NCBI GenBank assembly: GCA_964591705.1
Contig: CAZQCX010000004.1
Location: 2,473 to 66,472 of the forward strand
Length of the DNA stretch: 64,000 nucleotides
From: an uncultured Candidatus Bathyarchaeia archaeon
GTDB lineage: Archaea > Thermoproteota > Bathyarchaeia > Bathyarchaeales > Bathycorpusculaceae
Direction: 5' to 3'
Positions within the stretch are counted from its first letter, which is position 1. Each line of letters starts with the position of its first letter. The translations under genes and the position numbers were made by a program. Positions 19,625 through 28,556 of the stretch are shown here, in pieces. A model generated the notes under the pieces. That model made no database searches, had not been told where the DNA came from, and saw only the letters and a list, made by a program, of their open reading frames with translations.

Positions 19625-20472
19625 TGGTGCGCCAGAACCTCCAGCAGAATTTTTGCCATTTCGTCAGACGACAGGGGTGTTGTGTTGCCCAAGTATTTTC
19701 CTTCTTTGATGAGCAAGTTGTAAAGGAGTGTTGCCTTGGGGATTCCTACGCCTATTAGTCGCGTTTCTTCTGAACTCAGAACTGAACGTGTTTCACCGGT
19801 CGAGAGGATTCTTCCTTTGTCCATCACTATTATGTGGTCTGCATATTTCGCCGTGAGGTCTAGTCTGTGTTCCACAAGCACGACCGTTATGCCTAAGCTT
19901 TTGTTTAGTTCATACACGACTTCGAATATTCTCTGAGCGCTTAGGGGGTCGAGGAAAGATGTGGGTTCATCCAGCACAATTATTTCTGGCTGCATTGCGA
20001 GAACGGCAGCTATCGCAACCCGTTGTTGTTGCCCCCCTGAGATTTCATGAGGTGATCTTTCTCGCAGATCATAGATGCCGGTCAAATTGAGTGCCCAGTC
20101 AACTCTCTTCCGCATTTCTTCTCTGGAGTAGCCTAGGTTTTCCAGTCCGAAAGCAACATCTTTTTCGATTGAGAGGGCAAACAGCTGATTTTCTGGGTTT
20201 TGAAAGACCAAACCCACGTGTTTCGCTAGCTCACGTGTGGGGGTTTGGGCAACTTGTCTCCCTGAGACGGTGACTTCGCCTTTCAATTCGCCCTGATAGA
20301 AATGAGGTATCAGTCCATTGAAACATCTGCAAAGAGTGGTCTTTCCGCATCCGCTCGGACCAGTTATTAGAACGAAGTTGCCTTTCTTCACTCTGATGGA
20401 AACTTCACTTATCGATGGTTCTGTTCCACCTGGGTAAGTGTAAGTGAGGTTCTTTGTCTCTATTGCATCCAT
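19621..20472 (-). CDS. ecfA: ECF transporter ATPase component (first of two)
   Basis: Walker A GPSGCGKTT, signature ISGGQQQRV, Walker B IVLDEPT. Confidence 0.85.
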   Translation of the reverse strand: MDAIETKNLTYTYPGGTEPSISEVSIRVKKGNFVLITGPSGCGKTTLCRCFNGLIPHFYQGELKGEVTVSGRQVAQTPTRELAKHVGLVFQNPENQLFALSIEKDVAFGLENLGYSREEMRKRVDWALNLTGIYDLRERSPHEISGGQQQRVAIAAVLAMQPEIIVLDEPTSFLDPLSAQRIFEVVYELNKSLGITVVLVEHRLDLTAKYADHIIVMDKGRILSTGETRSVLSSEETRLIGVGIPKATLLYNLLIKEGKYLGNTTPLSSDEMAKILLEVLAHH

Positions 20473-20526
20473 TATGGTGCTGCCTGCCTAAGTTAAGCGA
20501 GCTGTCGTTCATTTAAGAGTAACTAC

Positions 20527-21519
20527 TCAATTTTGTCGGAGTTTTTCCTTGAAAAGGCGCTTGCAGTGCTGGAGAGTGGCTTCCGGATCTCCTGTGCCGT
20601 TCGCTCCGGCGGCTGCTGCATGTCCACCCCCCATCCCTTGAAGGTATTCTCCGAGCGGTTGAGCGATGTCAACTCCAAGGTGGATGTCTGTCTTTCTGTT
20701 GAATTCGCGACTACAACGCAAACTTATCTCGAGACGGTCGTTCTTTTGCCCGACAACTGCAGCAGCGTGTGCTCCGAGGTCAATCAATGCTCTTGCCGCG
20801 GAGGCTTCGTAAGCGCTCACTTGGGAGAATGCTATTATCCACTCTTTCGTTCTCATTAGTTTGGTTCTTTTGCAGGCTTTGATTCTCGCGATCCGTTCAG
20901 ATATTTCTACAGGTAGCGACAACAGAGAAAGGTTTTCTTGGGGGTTTACACCTAGTTGGCAAAGTTCAGCGATTGTTTGGAAGGTTGATCCTGATCCCAG
21001 AACGAAATGGCGTGTGTCAAATGCGATGCCCAAGAATAACGCTTCAGCCTCGTTCAGGTTGGGTTTTGTGTCGGTTTGTTTGAAAAGGTTATAGATGACT
21101 TCGCAGTTGGAGGAGACTTGATCTTTTATTATTGTTATTGTGGCTTTCTGCAGTGTTTCTGGATGTGTAGCGTGATGGTCGATGACTATTATTGGAGCGG
21201 TTGATTTAGATACTGTCTCAGCCAGCTCTCCGAGCTGTTCAATTGTGTTTGTGTCGAGCAACACAATTATGTCTGCGCTTTCGATGTTGGGTTTTGTGTT
21301 GACAGTGATCGGTGTGTATTCAAGTATGTGTTTTGACAGTCTGCTGATTCCTTGCCCCGTTCCAACTTCCGTGGTGATGTTTGGGGCAAGTCTTTTGAGA
21401 AGACCTTGAAACGCGTAAGCTGAGCAGAGTGCATCGGGATCTGCGTTTTGGTGACAAAGAAGGAGAATGAAGCTTGCCTTTTTTTCTTCAAGCAGTTTGA
21501 CTATGCTCTTGATGGTCAT
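20527..21519 (-). CDS. DHH/DHHA1 family phosphoesterase (NrnA/RecJ-like)
   Basis: Motifs HQNADPDALCS, VIDHHATH (DHH) and GGGHAAAAG (DHHA1). Confidence 0.8.
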   Translation of the reverse strand: MTIKSIVKLLEEKKASFILLLCHQNADPDALCSAYAFQGLLKRLAPNITTEVGTGQGISRLSKHILEYTPITVNTKPNIESADIIVLLDTNTIEQLGELAETVSKSTAPIIVIDHHATHPETLQKATITIIKDQVSSNCEVIYNLFKQTDTKPNLNEAEALFLGIAFDTRHFVLGSGSTFQTIAELCQLGVNPQENLSLLSLPVEISERIARIKACKRTKLMRTKEWIIAFSQVSAYEASAARALIDLGAHAAAVVGQKNDRLEISLRCSREFNRKTDIHLGVDIAQPLGEYLQGMGGGHAAAAGANGTGDPEATLQHCKRLFKEKLRQN

Positions 21520-21814
21520 TTGAGGTTTCTCATGATGTTTTTGCTGTTTTTCTAGGTTCCTCTATTTGCGTCGTTATTGAGGTATTGTAAATTCTGATGC
21601 TTGGCTCAACTTGCAAGTTTAATCTTCACTGCCACGCTCAAAAGGTACGTTTCATGCATGCTGGTTCAGCGCCTGTATTCAACTTCTAGAATATCTTTGG
21701 GTGAAGCTTCGACAAATTCTTTGGTTGCATGATCTATACCGTTGTGTTGCGCTTCGATTTGGTCACATGCCAACTTTAGTATGCTTGCATCTTCCACGGG
21801 TTACACCATAGAGC

Positions 21815-22186
21815 CTATGGCGGAGCTAGTGAGATTGGACTCAGGTCTTCCTGTAATTTTGTTTGGACCTCTTTCACCTGACTCCGGAGTCGCTCTTCCT
21901 GTCTCGCCAAAACTGTGCTCCTTGTGGTTAACAGCTCTTTTCGTTCAACTAGATCAGTTGTCACTTTGGCTTTTTCTGATTTGACCATAAGTGAGCCAAT
22001 TGTTCTGTAAATGACAGCTTCGTCTGCTGTCTTCTGCAGCTCGTTCAGGGTCTGCTCAACTTCAGTCTGTTCCATCTCCACCTGCTGTTTCTGGGCCATA
22101 ACCGTCTGCAAGGTCTGCTGGAGCTGCTGCAGCCTGAGGAGCCGTTCCTGAACCTGAGGAGGTAAACGAGAAATATCTTCACTCAA
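21815..22186 (-). CDS. pfdB: prefoldin beta subunit
   Basis: 123-aa coiled-coil protein. LQQLQQTLQ...AVIYRTIGSLMVKSEK...L..R is the typical prefoldin beta architecture. Confidence 0.8.
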   Translation of the reverse strand: MSEDISRLPPQVQERLLRLQQLQQTLQTVMAQKQQVEMEQTEVEQTLNELQKTADEAVIYRTIGSLMVKSEKAKVTTDLVERKELLTTRSTVLARQEERLRSQVKEVQTKLQEDLSPISLAPP

Positions 22187-22303
22187 TGCTGATCATTCCG
22201 TCTGCACAGCATTAAGCACAGCCCTTAATTAAGCATTGTCCAAAACAGCTTGAAGTGTGCACAAAGCCCATAACAGTTCAGTATCTCAGGAGGATATGTG
22301 GAC

Positions 22304-22381
22304 TGGTGCTCCGGCCGGGATTCGGACCCGGGTCCACGGCTCGAGAGGCCGTTATACTTGACCGGACTATACTACCGGAGC
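22304..22381 (-). tRNA. tRNA-Glu (anticodon CUC), CCA encoded
   Basis: Hand-folded cloverleaf. Acceptor GCTCCGG/CCGGAGC, anticodon stem ACGGC/GCCGT with loop CT-CTC-GA, T arm CCGGG-TCCGAAT-CCCGG, discriminator A, then CCA. Confidence 0.85.
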
Positions 22382-22544
22382 GCGGGCTAGTCTTCTTTTT
22401 GGATAGTCTACTTTTCAATTGCGCTTGCGATATATAGCCACTTCGTCTCTTTTTGTCCTTGCTGAAGCTGAGGCGACCTGTGCCTATGAGTTTATGTGGC
22501 GAACTATCGGCCGATGAGCGGCGCAAAATGCAATTGGTTGTTGA

Positions 22545-22754
22545 TCACTGTTTGTAGAAGATTTTGTTTTTTGATCCGCATTTTGAGCAGTATGGTTCTA
22601 TCATTACGATCCAATTGCCGCATTTTTGGCATTTGGCTTGGATTTTCAATCCGCAGCTTGGGCAGAAATACTCATTAGACTTCAACGGAGTGCAGTATAG
22701 CAGTCTGCCCAAATCGTGTTTGCATCTTGGGCACGCCTGTTCCGGAACTCCCAT
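22545..22754 (-). CDS. double zinc-ribbon protein, hypothetical
   Basis: 69 aa with four CxxC pairs (CPRC, CPSC, CQKC, CSKC). Confidence 0.55.
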   Translation of the reverse strand: MGVPEQACPRCKHDLGRLLYCTPLKSNEYFCPSCGLKIQAKCQKCGNWIVMIEPYCSKCGSKNKIFYKQ

Positions 22755-23115
22755 GTCGTTATTCTGTTGAAGTCACCACTGAAATATTTTTTGCTGGGCA
22801 ATGGCAGATATGTGATTATGCTCCCATTGTTTCTTAGTGCTGGCTCTCGCTCGTCTGTGGCGGTGTCTTTTTTGAGGAACAGTCTGTGTTCAAGATATCG
22901 ATTATTGGCTAAAAATCTGGGAATTTGGGGTGAAAAAAAGGGAGGGGCTGTGGCTTGCTATCTGCTTCTTTGTTGCTATTGCTTTTTCCTCACATTAGCG
23001 CGATGATGGCGCTTGGATGAATTGGTAACTCGTGTTTTTCTGCCTTGGCGACCTGTAAGGTTTTTAAGCTACTAGTATCACGATTGATAAGAAAGGTGTT
23101 ACCGAGGCGTTTGGC

Positions 23116-23781
23116 ATGCACATTCCCGATGGCTTCCTTAGTCCCGCGATCGCTGTCGCGATGTTCGCATTAGCTTTTGTTTGTCTAATTTGGTCTTGGA
23201 AGAAAGTTCAGGCTACCTATTCCAGATCTTGTGCATCTGTCTTGGCAATCTCCAGCGCTTTTGTTTTCGCAGCTCAGATGATAAACTACCCTATTGCATT
23301 CGGGACGAGCGGGCATCTCGTAGGGGGCACCTTTCTTGCCGTGCTCTTGGGTCCCTATGCAGGTATGCTGAGCATGACGATTGTGTTGCTGATGCAGGCG
23401 TTGTTCTTCGCTGACGGGGGTCTACTCGCGTTCGGCGCCAACGTCTTCAACATGGCGGTGATTGGTGCGTCGAGCTTCTTCGTGGTTAAGCTCCTAACTA
23501 GGAATCCCAGCAGTCCAGCTCGATTTGCCTCAAGCGTCTTTTTTGCTTCTTGGCTTTCAGTGGTTGTCGGAGCCTTAGCCTGCGCTCTGGAAATAGGCTT
23601 TTCTCCGGTTTTCGCTGGCGCAGGTGGCGTGCTTGTGACCGTGCCCGTGATGCTGTTTTGGCACGCAATAATCGGCATCGGCGAGGGAGCAATAACCACG
23701 ATCCTTCTTACTTCGCTACGGCGTTTCAATCCGTCGATTCTGAGGAGCTTTTTGCTTCTAAGGGGGAAGGTTAACCAATGA
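23116..23781 (+). CDS. cbiM: ECF substrate-capture component CbiM/NikM (cobalt or nickel)
   Basis: Diagnostic N-terminus MHIPDGFLS. 221-aa polytopic protein. Confidence 0.85.
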   Translation: MHIPDGFLSPAIAVAMFALAFVCLIWSWKKVQATYSRSCASVLAISSAFVFAAQMINYPIAFGTSGHLVGGTFLAVLLGPYAGMLSMTIVLLMQALFFADGGLLAFGANVFNMAVIGASSFFVVKLLTRNPSSPARFASSVFFASWLSVVVGALACALEIGFSPVFAGAGGVLVTVPVMLFWHAIIGIGEGAITTILLTSLRRFNPSILRSFLLLRGKVNQ

Positions 23782-24074
23782 GGAAGTGCGTGTTGGCTTT
23801 CTTGCTGATAGCGGGAGCGCTCGCAGTCCTGATTCCTTTTGCTTCGACAAGTCCCGATGGACTAGAGAGAGTGGCTGAAACACTTGGAATAGAGGAGGCG
23901 CCTCCTTTTTGGAGAGGTTTGATGTTTGACTATTCCATAGAGGTTCTGGGCAACTCCTATGTTTCCACCCTAGCTGCTGGCATTTCAGGAATCGCCGTGG
24001 TGTTTTTCGCTTCGCTGGTTCTCGGCAAGGTTCTTTCTATGAAGAGCAATAGCTCCTCTGCGAACGAGATTTGA
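23778..24074 (+). CDS. PDGLE-domain membrane protein (CbiN/NikN-like accessory component)
   Basis: Signal/TM segment followed by TSPDGLERVAE (PDGLE motif) and a C-terminal TM. 4-nt overlap with cbiM. Confidence 0.7.
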   Translation: MRKCVLAFLLIAGALAVLIPFASTSPDGLERVAETLGIEEAPPFWRGLMFDYSIEVLGNSYVSTLAAGISGIAVVFFASLVLGKVLSMKSNSSSANEI

Positions 24075-24724
24075 GCTATATTTGTCTGGGAAATCGACTC
24101 CCATCCACAACTGGGGCAATCCACTGTAGTTCCAGATCCTGTGAGAAAGCTTTGTCGGATGGGTGTTCGTCTAAATCCTGAGGTATTCGCCTGTTGTAAT
24201 TGTCGCCAGAGGGAAATCGCAGAAACAGTCCTCCTCAGGTGTCGTTAGTGTGGCTATTGCGATATAAAAAATGACAGCTACTATCATGTGAACAAGGGCC
24301 GGCAACTTGCTTGGCAGCCTCGGCGATGGTAAAGTTCAAGGTACCCGAAAGATTGGCAATTTACCCAGTTGTTCTGCTTGTTTTCAACTATCCGACTGAG
24401 AGAAAGGTCTCACGTCGATGTGTTTCGAGCGTTAGAAGATATAAACTGCTTGATAAGGTCGCTGGTCTGAAAGAGTTAAGCAAGCCTTCAAGCAAGCGGA
24501 ATTGAGTTCAAAGAAACGGAACGACTGCCTATAGATTTCAAAGTTGCTGGATAGAGCCTGCAAGGCTGGTCTCTGAACAGGGGAACTCTGAGGCTAAGCT
24601 GGAACCGAGCAGTCAAATTCGCCTAGTTTTCTTCAGGCATCTTAAAATAGCGCGGGTCAAATCTGACGAGGCAACAGTTGACTCGGGGAGAAAACTGATA
24701 CAGGCGTCAATTAGAAAAAAGGCA

Positions 24725-25387
24725 TTGCAGACGGTGGGAATCGCGTTTCTCATATCGTCATGCCTAATGGTATTTCTTTTCGGAGTCCTAAGCTCTAAAT
24801 CAACCTTCTCTCGTCAGATCCGGGTTGCTTGCATAGGCGATAGCATCACTGAGGGATCTGGATATCCCGAGCATCTGCAGATCATGCTTGGAGCAGAATA
24901 CAAGATTGGGAACTTCGGGGTTTCAGGATCAGCCGTGCTCACAAACTCGGATATCCCCTACATTAGTCAGCCAGCCTTCTTGAAGGCTAAGGCTTTCCAG
25001 CCTTCAATAGTACTCATACTTCTGGGAACAAATGACGCCAAAGAAAGCACTTTCAGATCAGGGGTGAATTTCACGGTCGACTACAAGAAACTGATTTACG
25101 AGTATCAATCTCTCGAAAGCAACCCTGAGATTTGGTTGGTTACGCCCCCTCCAATTTTCGCGAACAACCTCTGCCTGAGCAACGCGAATCTCGAACGAGG
25201 CATAATTTCTAGTATCGAGCAAATTGCAGCGGAACTAAACCTGCCCTTGGTTGACATAAACACAGTTCTCGCCAAATATCCAGAGTATTTCGGTGATGGA
25301 ATTCACCCCAACCGCGACGGTGCCATGCTAATCGCAAGTGAGATAGGTCGTGCTCTGACTCTATCCGATACGACCATAGGATGTTGA
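24725..25387 (+). CDS. SGNH/GDSL hydrolase (esterase/deacetylase family) with N-terminal membrane anchor
   Basis: Block I CIGDSITEG, block III LLGTNDAK, block V GDGIHPN. Confidence 0.75.
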   Translation: MQTVGIAFLISSCLMVFLFGVLSSKSTFSRQIRVACIGDSITEGSGYPEHLQIMLGAEYKIGNFGVSGSAVLTNSDIPYISQPAFLKAKAFQPSIVLILLGTNDAKESTFRSGVNFTVDYKKLIYEYQSLESNPEIWLVTPPPIFANNLCLSNANLERGIISSIEQIAAELNLPLVDINTVLAKYPEYFGDGIHPNRDGAMLIASEIGRALTLSDTTIGC

Positions 25388-25548
25388 AAGGGACCAAATG
25401 AGTTGTTACGCATGGCGATAGTTGCGACATTCTTTCATTCACTTTGCAAGTTATCTTTGTTATCTGGATAAATGCAGTGATGCTGGTCTTCCCAAGTTTT
25501 ATTAATCTGTTTTGTCCGACAGAGACAGTGAAGGCAAAGGGAAAGTAA

Positions 25549-26613
25549 TTGGACCCGAAGAGCGGGGGCTCCTCTCTTCCCGTAGATCTCGTGCGCACAG
25601 TGGGGATAGTGTTAGTTGTACTTCTGCACGCAGCGTCAGAGCCACATGCAGTTGTTGATGTTATGTCGCAGGAAGAGATAGCTCGCTGGGTGGCGTCTGA
25701 CTTTTATAACTCGTTGGCTCGGCCCTGTGTTCCTTTGTTCCTTATGCTTGCCGGGGCTCTGCTGCTTCAACCGGGAAAAGTGGACGAGCCGCTCATGGTT
25801 TTCTTCAAGAAACGCTGGAGCAGGATAGGTCTGCCGTTCATATTTTGGGGCATTGCTTACTTTGCGTGGCGCTTCTTCGTCAACGGTGAAGCCCTGACTG
25901 CAAGTTCGGTTTTGCAAGGTGTACTCGAAGGACCGTATATACACTTCTGGTTTCTTTATCTGTTAACTGGTCTGTATTTGGTCACGCCTTTGCTGCGGGT
26001 TGTTGTGGCATATTCGAGTCGGAAGCTTCTCAGATATTTCCTGCTGATTTGGTTTGTGGGCACGTCTCTTGTACGGTTCTTGTCTCTTTTAGGACCATAC
26101 GCTTTGAATGCCGATGTCTTTCTGCTGGCGGGGTGGTTGGGTTATTTTGTCTTGGGTATTTACCTCACTAAAGTGCGAGTGCAACCTTCAATTCTGTTTG
26201 CGTCCCTCATTTTTAGCTACTTGTGGACCATGATTGGCACTTACCTAGTGGTGGGCAGCTTAGGCGAACGTTTCAGCCAGTTCTTTTTTGATTCCTTCAG
26301 CTTCAACGTAATCATCGCCTCGGTCTCCTTGTTTATGATTCTCACATCCGTTAAGCCCCAGACACTCAGTTGCCGCTTTCCTCTGTTAAGCCAATTGGTT
26401 CGCAAGATAAGTCAAAATAGTCTGCCAATATACTTGTTCCATTTGATGGTTATGGAAACCCTTCAAAAGGGATATCTTGGATTCAGAATTAGCCTCTTGA
26501 CTATGCACCCTTTTGTGGAAATCCCGCTGGTCACCGCTGCAACCTTGTTTATATCGCTTGTGCTTATAGTCTTAGTGAAGAAACTACCTGGGGTAGATAG
26601 GTTAATCGGTTGA
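25549..26613 (+). CDS. acyltransferase family 3 membrane O-acyltransferase
   Basis: About 10 TM. N-terminal VDLVRTVGIVLVVLLHA is typical of Acyl_transf_3. Confidence 0.7.
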   Translation: MDPKSGGSSLPVDLVRTVGIVLVVLLHAASEPHAVVDVMSQEEIARWVASDFYNSLARPCVPLFLMLAGALLLQPGKVDEPLMVFFKKRWSRIGLPFIFWGIAYFAWRFFVNGEALTASSVLQGVLEGPYIHFWFLYLLTGLYLVTPLLRVVVAYSSRKLLRYFLLIWFVGTSLVRFLSLLGPYALNADVFLLAGWLGYFVLGIYLTKVRVQPSILFASLIFSYLWTMIGTYLVVGSLGERFSQFFFDSFSFNVIIASVSLFMILTSVKPQTLSCRFPLLSQLVRKISQNSLPIYLFHLMVMETLQKGYLGFRISLLTMHPFVEIPLVTAATLFISLVLIVLVKKLPGVDRLIG

Positions 26614-26667
26614 ATCTTCAAAAGCTAGGAAGGAAACGAATTATCAAAAGAAAAAGTGGGTGGTAAT

Positions 26668-28329
26668 TTAGTCTTCGCCTTCAGGACCGCCAGGCATTCC
26701 TCCAGGACCTCCGGGGGCTCCTGGACCGCCTTTGGGCGATTTGGCAGTTATTACATCGTCTATGCGTAGTATCATTGAAGCGGATTCAGCTGCTGATTTT
26801 ATGGCTTGCTCTTTCACGACTGTGGGTTCGATGACTCCCTTCTCAAGACTGTCCTGAATCTTTCCTGTGAAAACGTTGATTCCTTTGTATGTGCCGTCTT
26901 CTCTTTCATGTGCCGATCTCAGATCTACGAGAACATCTATGGATTCAAGTCCTGCGTTTTCCGCCAGAGTCTTGGGTATAACTTCTACAGCGTCTGCGAA
27001 AGCTTCGATTGCAAGCTGTTCTCTTCCGCCAATTTTTGTAGCGTAGCTTCGGAGTTCTTTGGCGACTTCGATCTCGACTGCCCCTCCGCCTGCAACTATC
27101 TTGTTGTTTTCAACTACATCTGAAACCACAGATAATGCATCAGTCATTGCTCTTTCGGCTTCGTCAACCATCCTTTCGAGTCCGGCTCTGATGAGAATAG
27201 CTACCGAATGTGGGTCTTTGCATCTTTCAACGAATATCATTTTGTCTTCGCCAATTTTTCGCTCTTCAACCAAGCCTGCCAACCCTAAGTCTTTCGCTTT
27301 GAGATCCTTATTGTCAGAAACGATTTTGCCGCCCGTTGCCCTGGCAAGTTTCTCCATGTCGGATTCTTTTATTCGTCTAGCTGCGATGATTCCTTCTTTC
27401 GCGAGGAAATGCTGTACCATGTCATCAACGCCTTTTTGGCAGAAAACCACGTTTGCGCCTGCAGATTTGATTTTGTCAGCCATCTCTTTTAGCATGTCTG
27501 TTTCTTGGTCTAAGAATGCTTTCATCTGGGTTGGGTCTTTGATGCGGATTTCCGCGCTGATCTCGGTTTTCTCGATTTCAAGTGCAGAATCTAGTAGTGC
27601 GATTTTTGCGTTTTCTTTCTTCTTGGGCATTCCAGGGTGAACGACTTCCTTGTCTACGATTATGCCTTTCACCAACTGTGATTCCAATAGGCTCTTTCCT
27701 GCTTTCTTCACGAGTTGAATGTTGTCGATGTCTGCGAGCATCTTGTCGCCTCGTTTCTCGGTAATTAGCTTCACTGCCTCAATTGCAATTTCTGCTAAAT
27801 GTTCTCTTGCAGCACCGATTGCTTTGCCGCTTGTTGAAGTTAGTGCAACTTCAAGGAGTTTTTTTCGGTCGTTGATATCTACGGGAACTGAGACTTTGTT
27901 TATTGTTTCGATGGCTTTTTGCACTGCTTTTCGATAGCCGCTGACAAGGAGTGTTGGGTGTATGTTTTGGTCTAAGAGTTCCTCTGCTTTCTTGAGGAGT
28001 TCGCTTGCAAGGATGACTGTTGTGGTTGTTCCGTCGCCGACCATGTCGTCTTGGGTCTTTGAGATTTCAACCATCATTTTGGCTGCTGGGTGCTCTACGT
28101 CTATTTCGTTGAGGATTGCTGCGCCGTCGTTTGTGATTGTGATGTCGCCCAAACTGTCGATGAGCATTTTGTCCATTCCGCGGGGTCCCAGCGTGGTTTT
28201 CAGCACTTCGCCGATTACGCGTGCTGCCATTATGTTGTTTCTCTGAGCTTCCTTGCCTCTGTTTCTGGTTGTGCCCTCTTTGAGTATGAGGACTGGCTGT
28301 CCTGAACCTGTAGTAGTCAAATATGCCAT
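26668..28329 (-). CDS. ths: thermosome subunit (group II chaperonin)
   Basis: [21 protein letters not shown] and a Gly/Pro/Met-rich C-terminal tail. Start moved to ATG 28329 ([19 protein letters not shown]), which matches thermosome N-termini. Confidence 0.95.
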   Translation of the reverse strand: MAYLTTTGSGQPVLILKEGTTRNRGKEAQRNNIMAARVIGEVLKTTLGPRGMDKMLIDSLGDITITNDGAAILNEIDVEHPAAKMMVEISKTQDDMVGDGTTTTVILASELLKKAEELLDQNIHPTLLVSGYRKAVQKAIETINKVSVPVDINDRKKLLEVALTSTSGKAIGAAREHLAEIAIEAVKLITEKRGDKMLADIDNIQLVKKAGKSLLESQLVKGIIVDKEVVHPGMPKKKENAKIALLDSALEIEKTEISAEIRIKDPTQMKAFLDQETDMLKEMADKIKSAGANVVFCQKGVDDMVQHFLAKEGIIAARRIKESDMEKLARATGGKIVSDNKDLKAKDLGLAGLVEERKIGEDKMIFVERCKDPHSVAILIRAGLERMVDEAERAMTDALSVVSDVVENNKIVAGGGAVEIEVAKELRSYATKIGGREQLAIEAFADAVEVIPKTLAENAGLESIDVLVDLRSAHEREDGTYKGINVFTGKIQDSLEKGVIEPTVVKEQAIKSAAESASMILRIDDVITAKSPKGGPGAPGGPGGMPGGPEGED

Positions 28330-28556
28330 TTGATCAAACCTCACTTTGGTTGTGGAATTCTTTTTTATCGGATTTATGCAAAAATCACCCAAAAATATAA
28401 ACTTTTACCCTTAAGCTTCTGCGTTTAATCCCAGATTATATGGGGTGCGTCTTTTTTGTTTTCTGAAGCGGACCGCTGATTGTTCATTGAAGCAGGAAGA
28501 ATTGTCTCCAATGGGGCGGTTGGATACTTGCTTTCATGAAGATAGCATTCCAGCTT

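Noticed and set aside
21532-21597. Possible C/D box sRNA (ATGATGT ... TTATTGA ... CTGA) upstream of the DHH gene
   Set aside because: The C box is imperfect, no acceptable D' box is present, the C' box has two mismatches, the guide spacer is 13 rather than 12 nt, and there is no terminal stem. This is too weak to call without expression or target evidence.
22255-22526. ORFs 22255..22437 (+) and 22278..22526 (-)
   Set aside because: Both overlap the tRNA-Glu gene and have no protein-like features.
24311-24505. 64-aa TTG-initiated ORF in the large intergenic region
   Set aside because: No motif and a basic low-complexity tail. The region is kept only as a candidate non-coding or decayed locus.
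26806-28305. Series of 60-190 aa plus-strand ORFs inside the thermosome gene, and similar antisense ORFs inside topA, polB, the kinases, hppA and hcp
   Set aside because: These are typical shadow ORFs opposite long, well-supported genes. Their translations are Ser/Leu/Phe-rich with no motifs.
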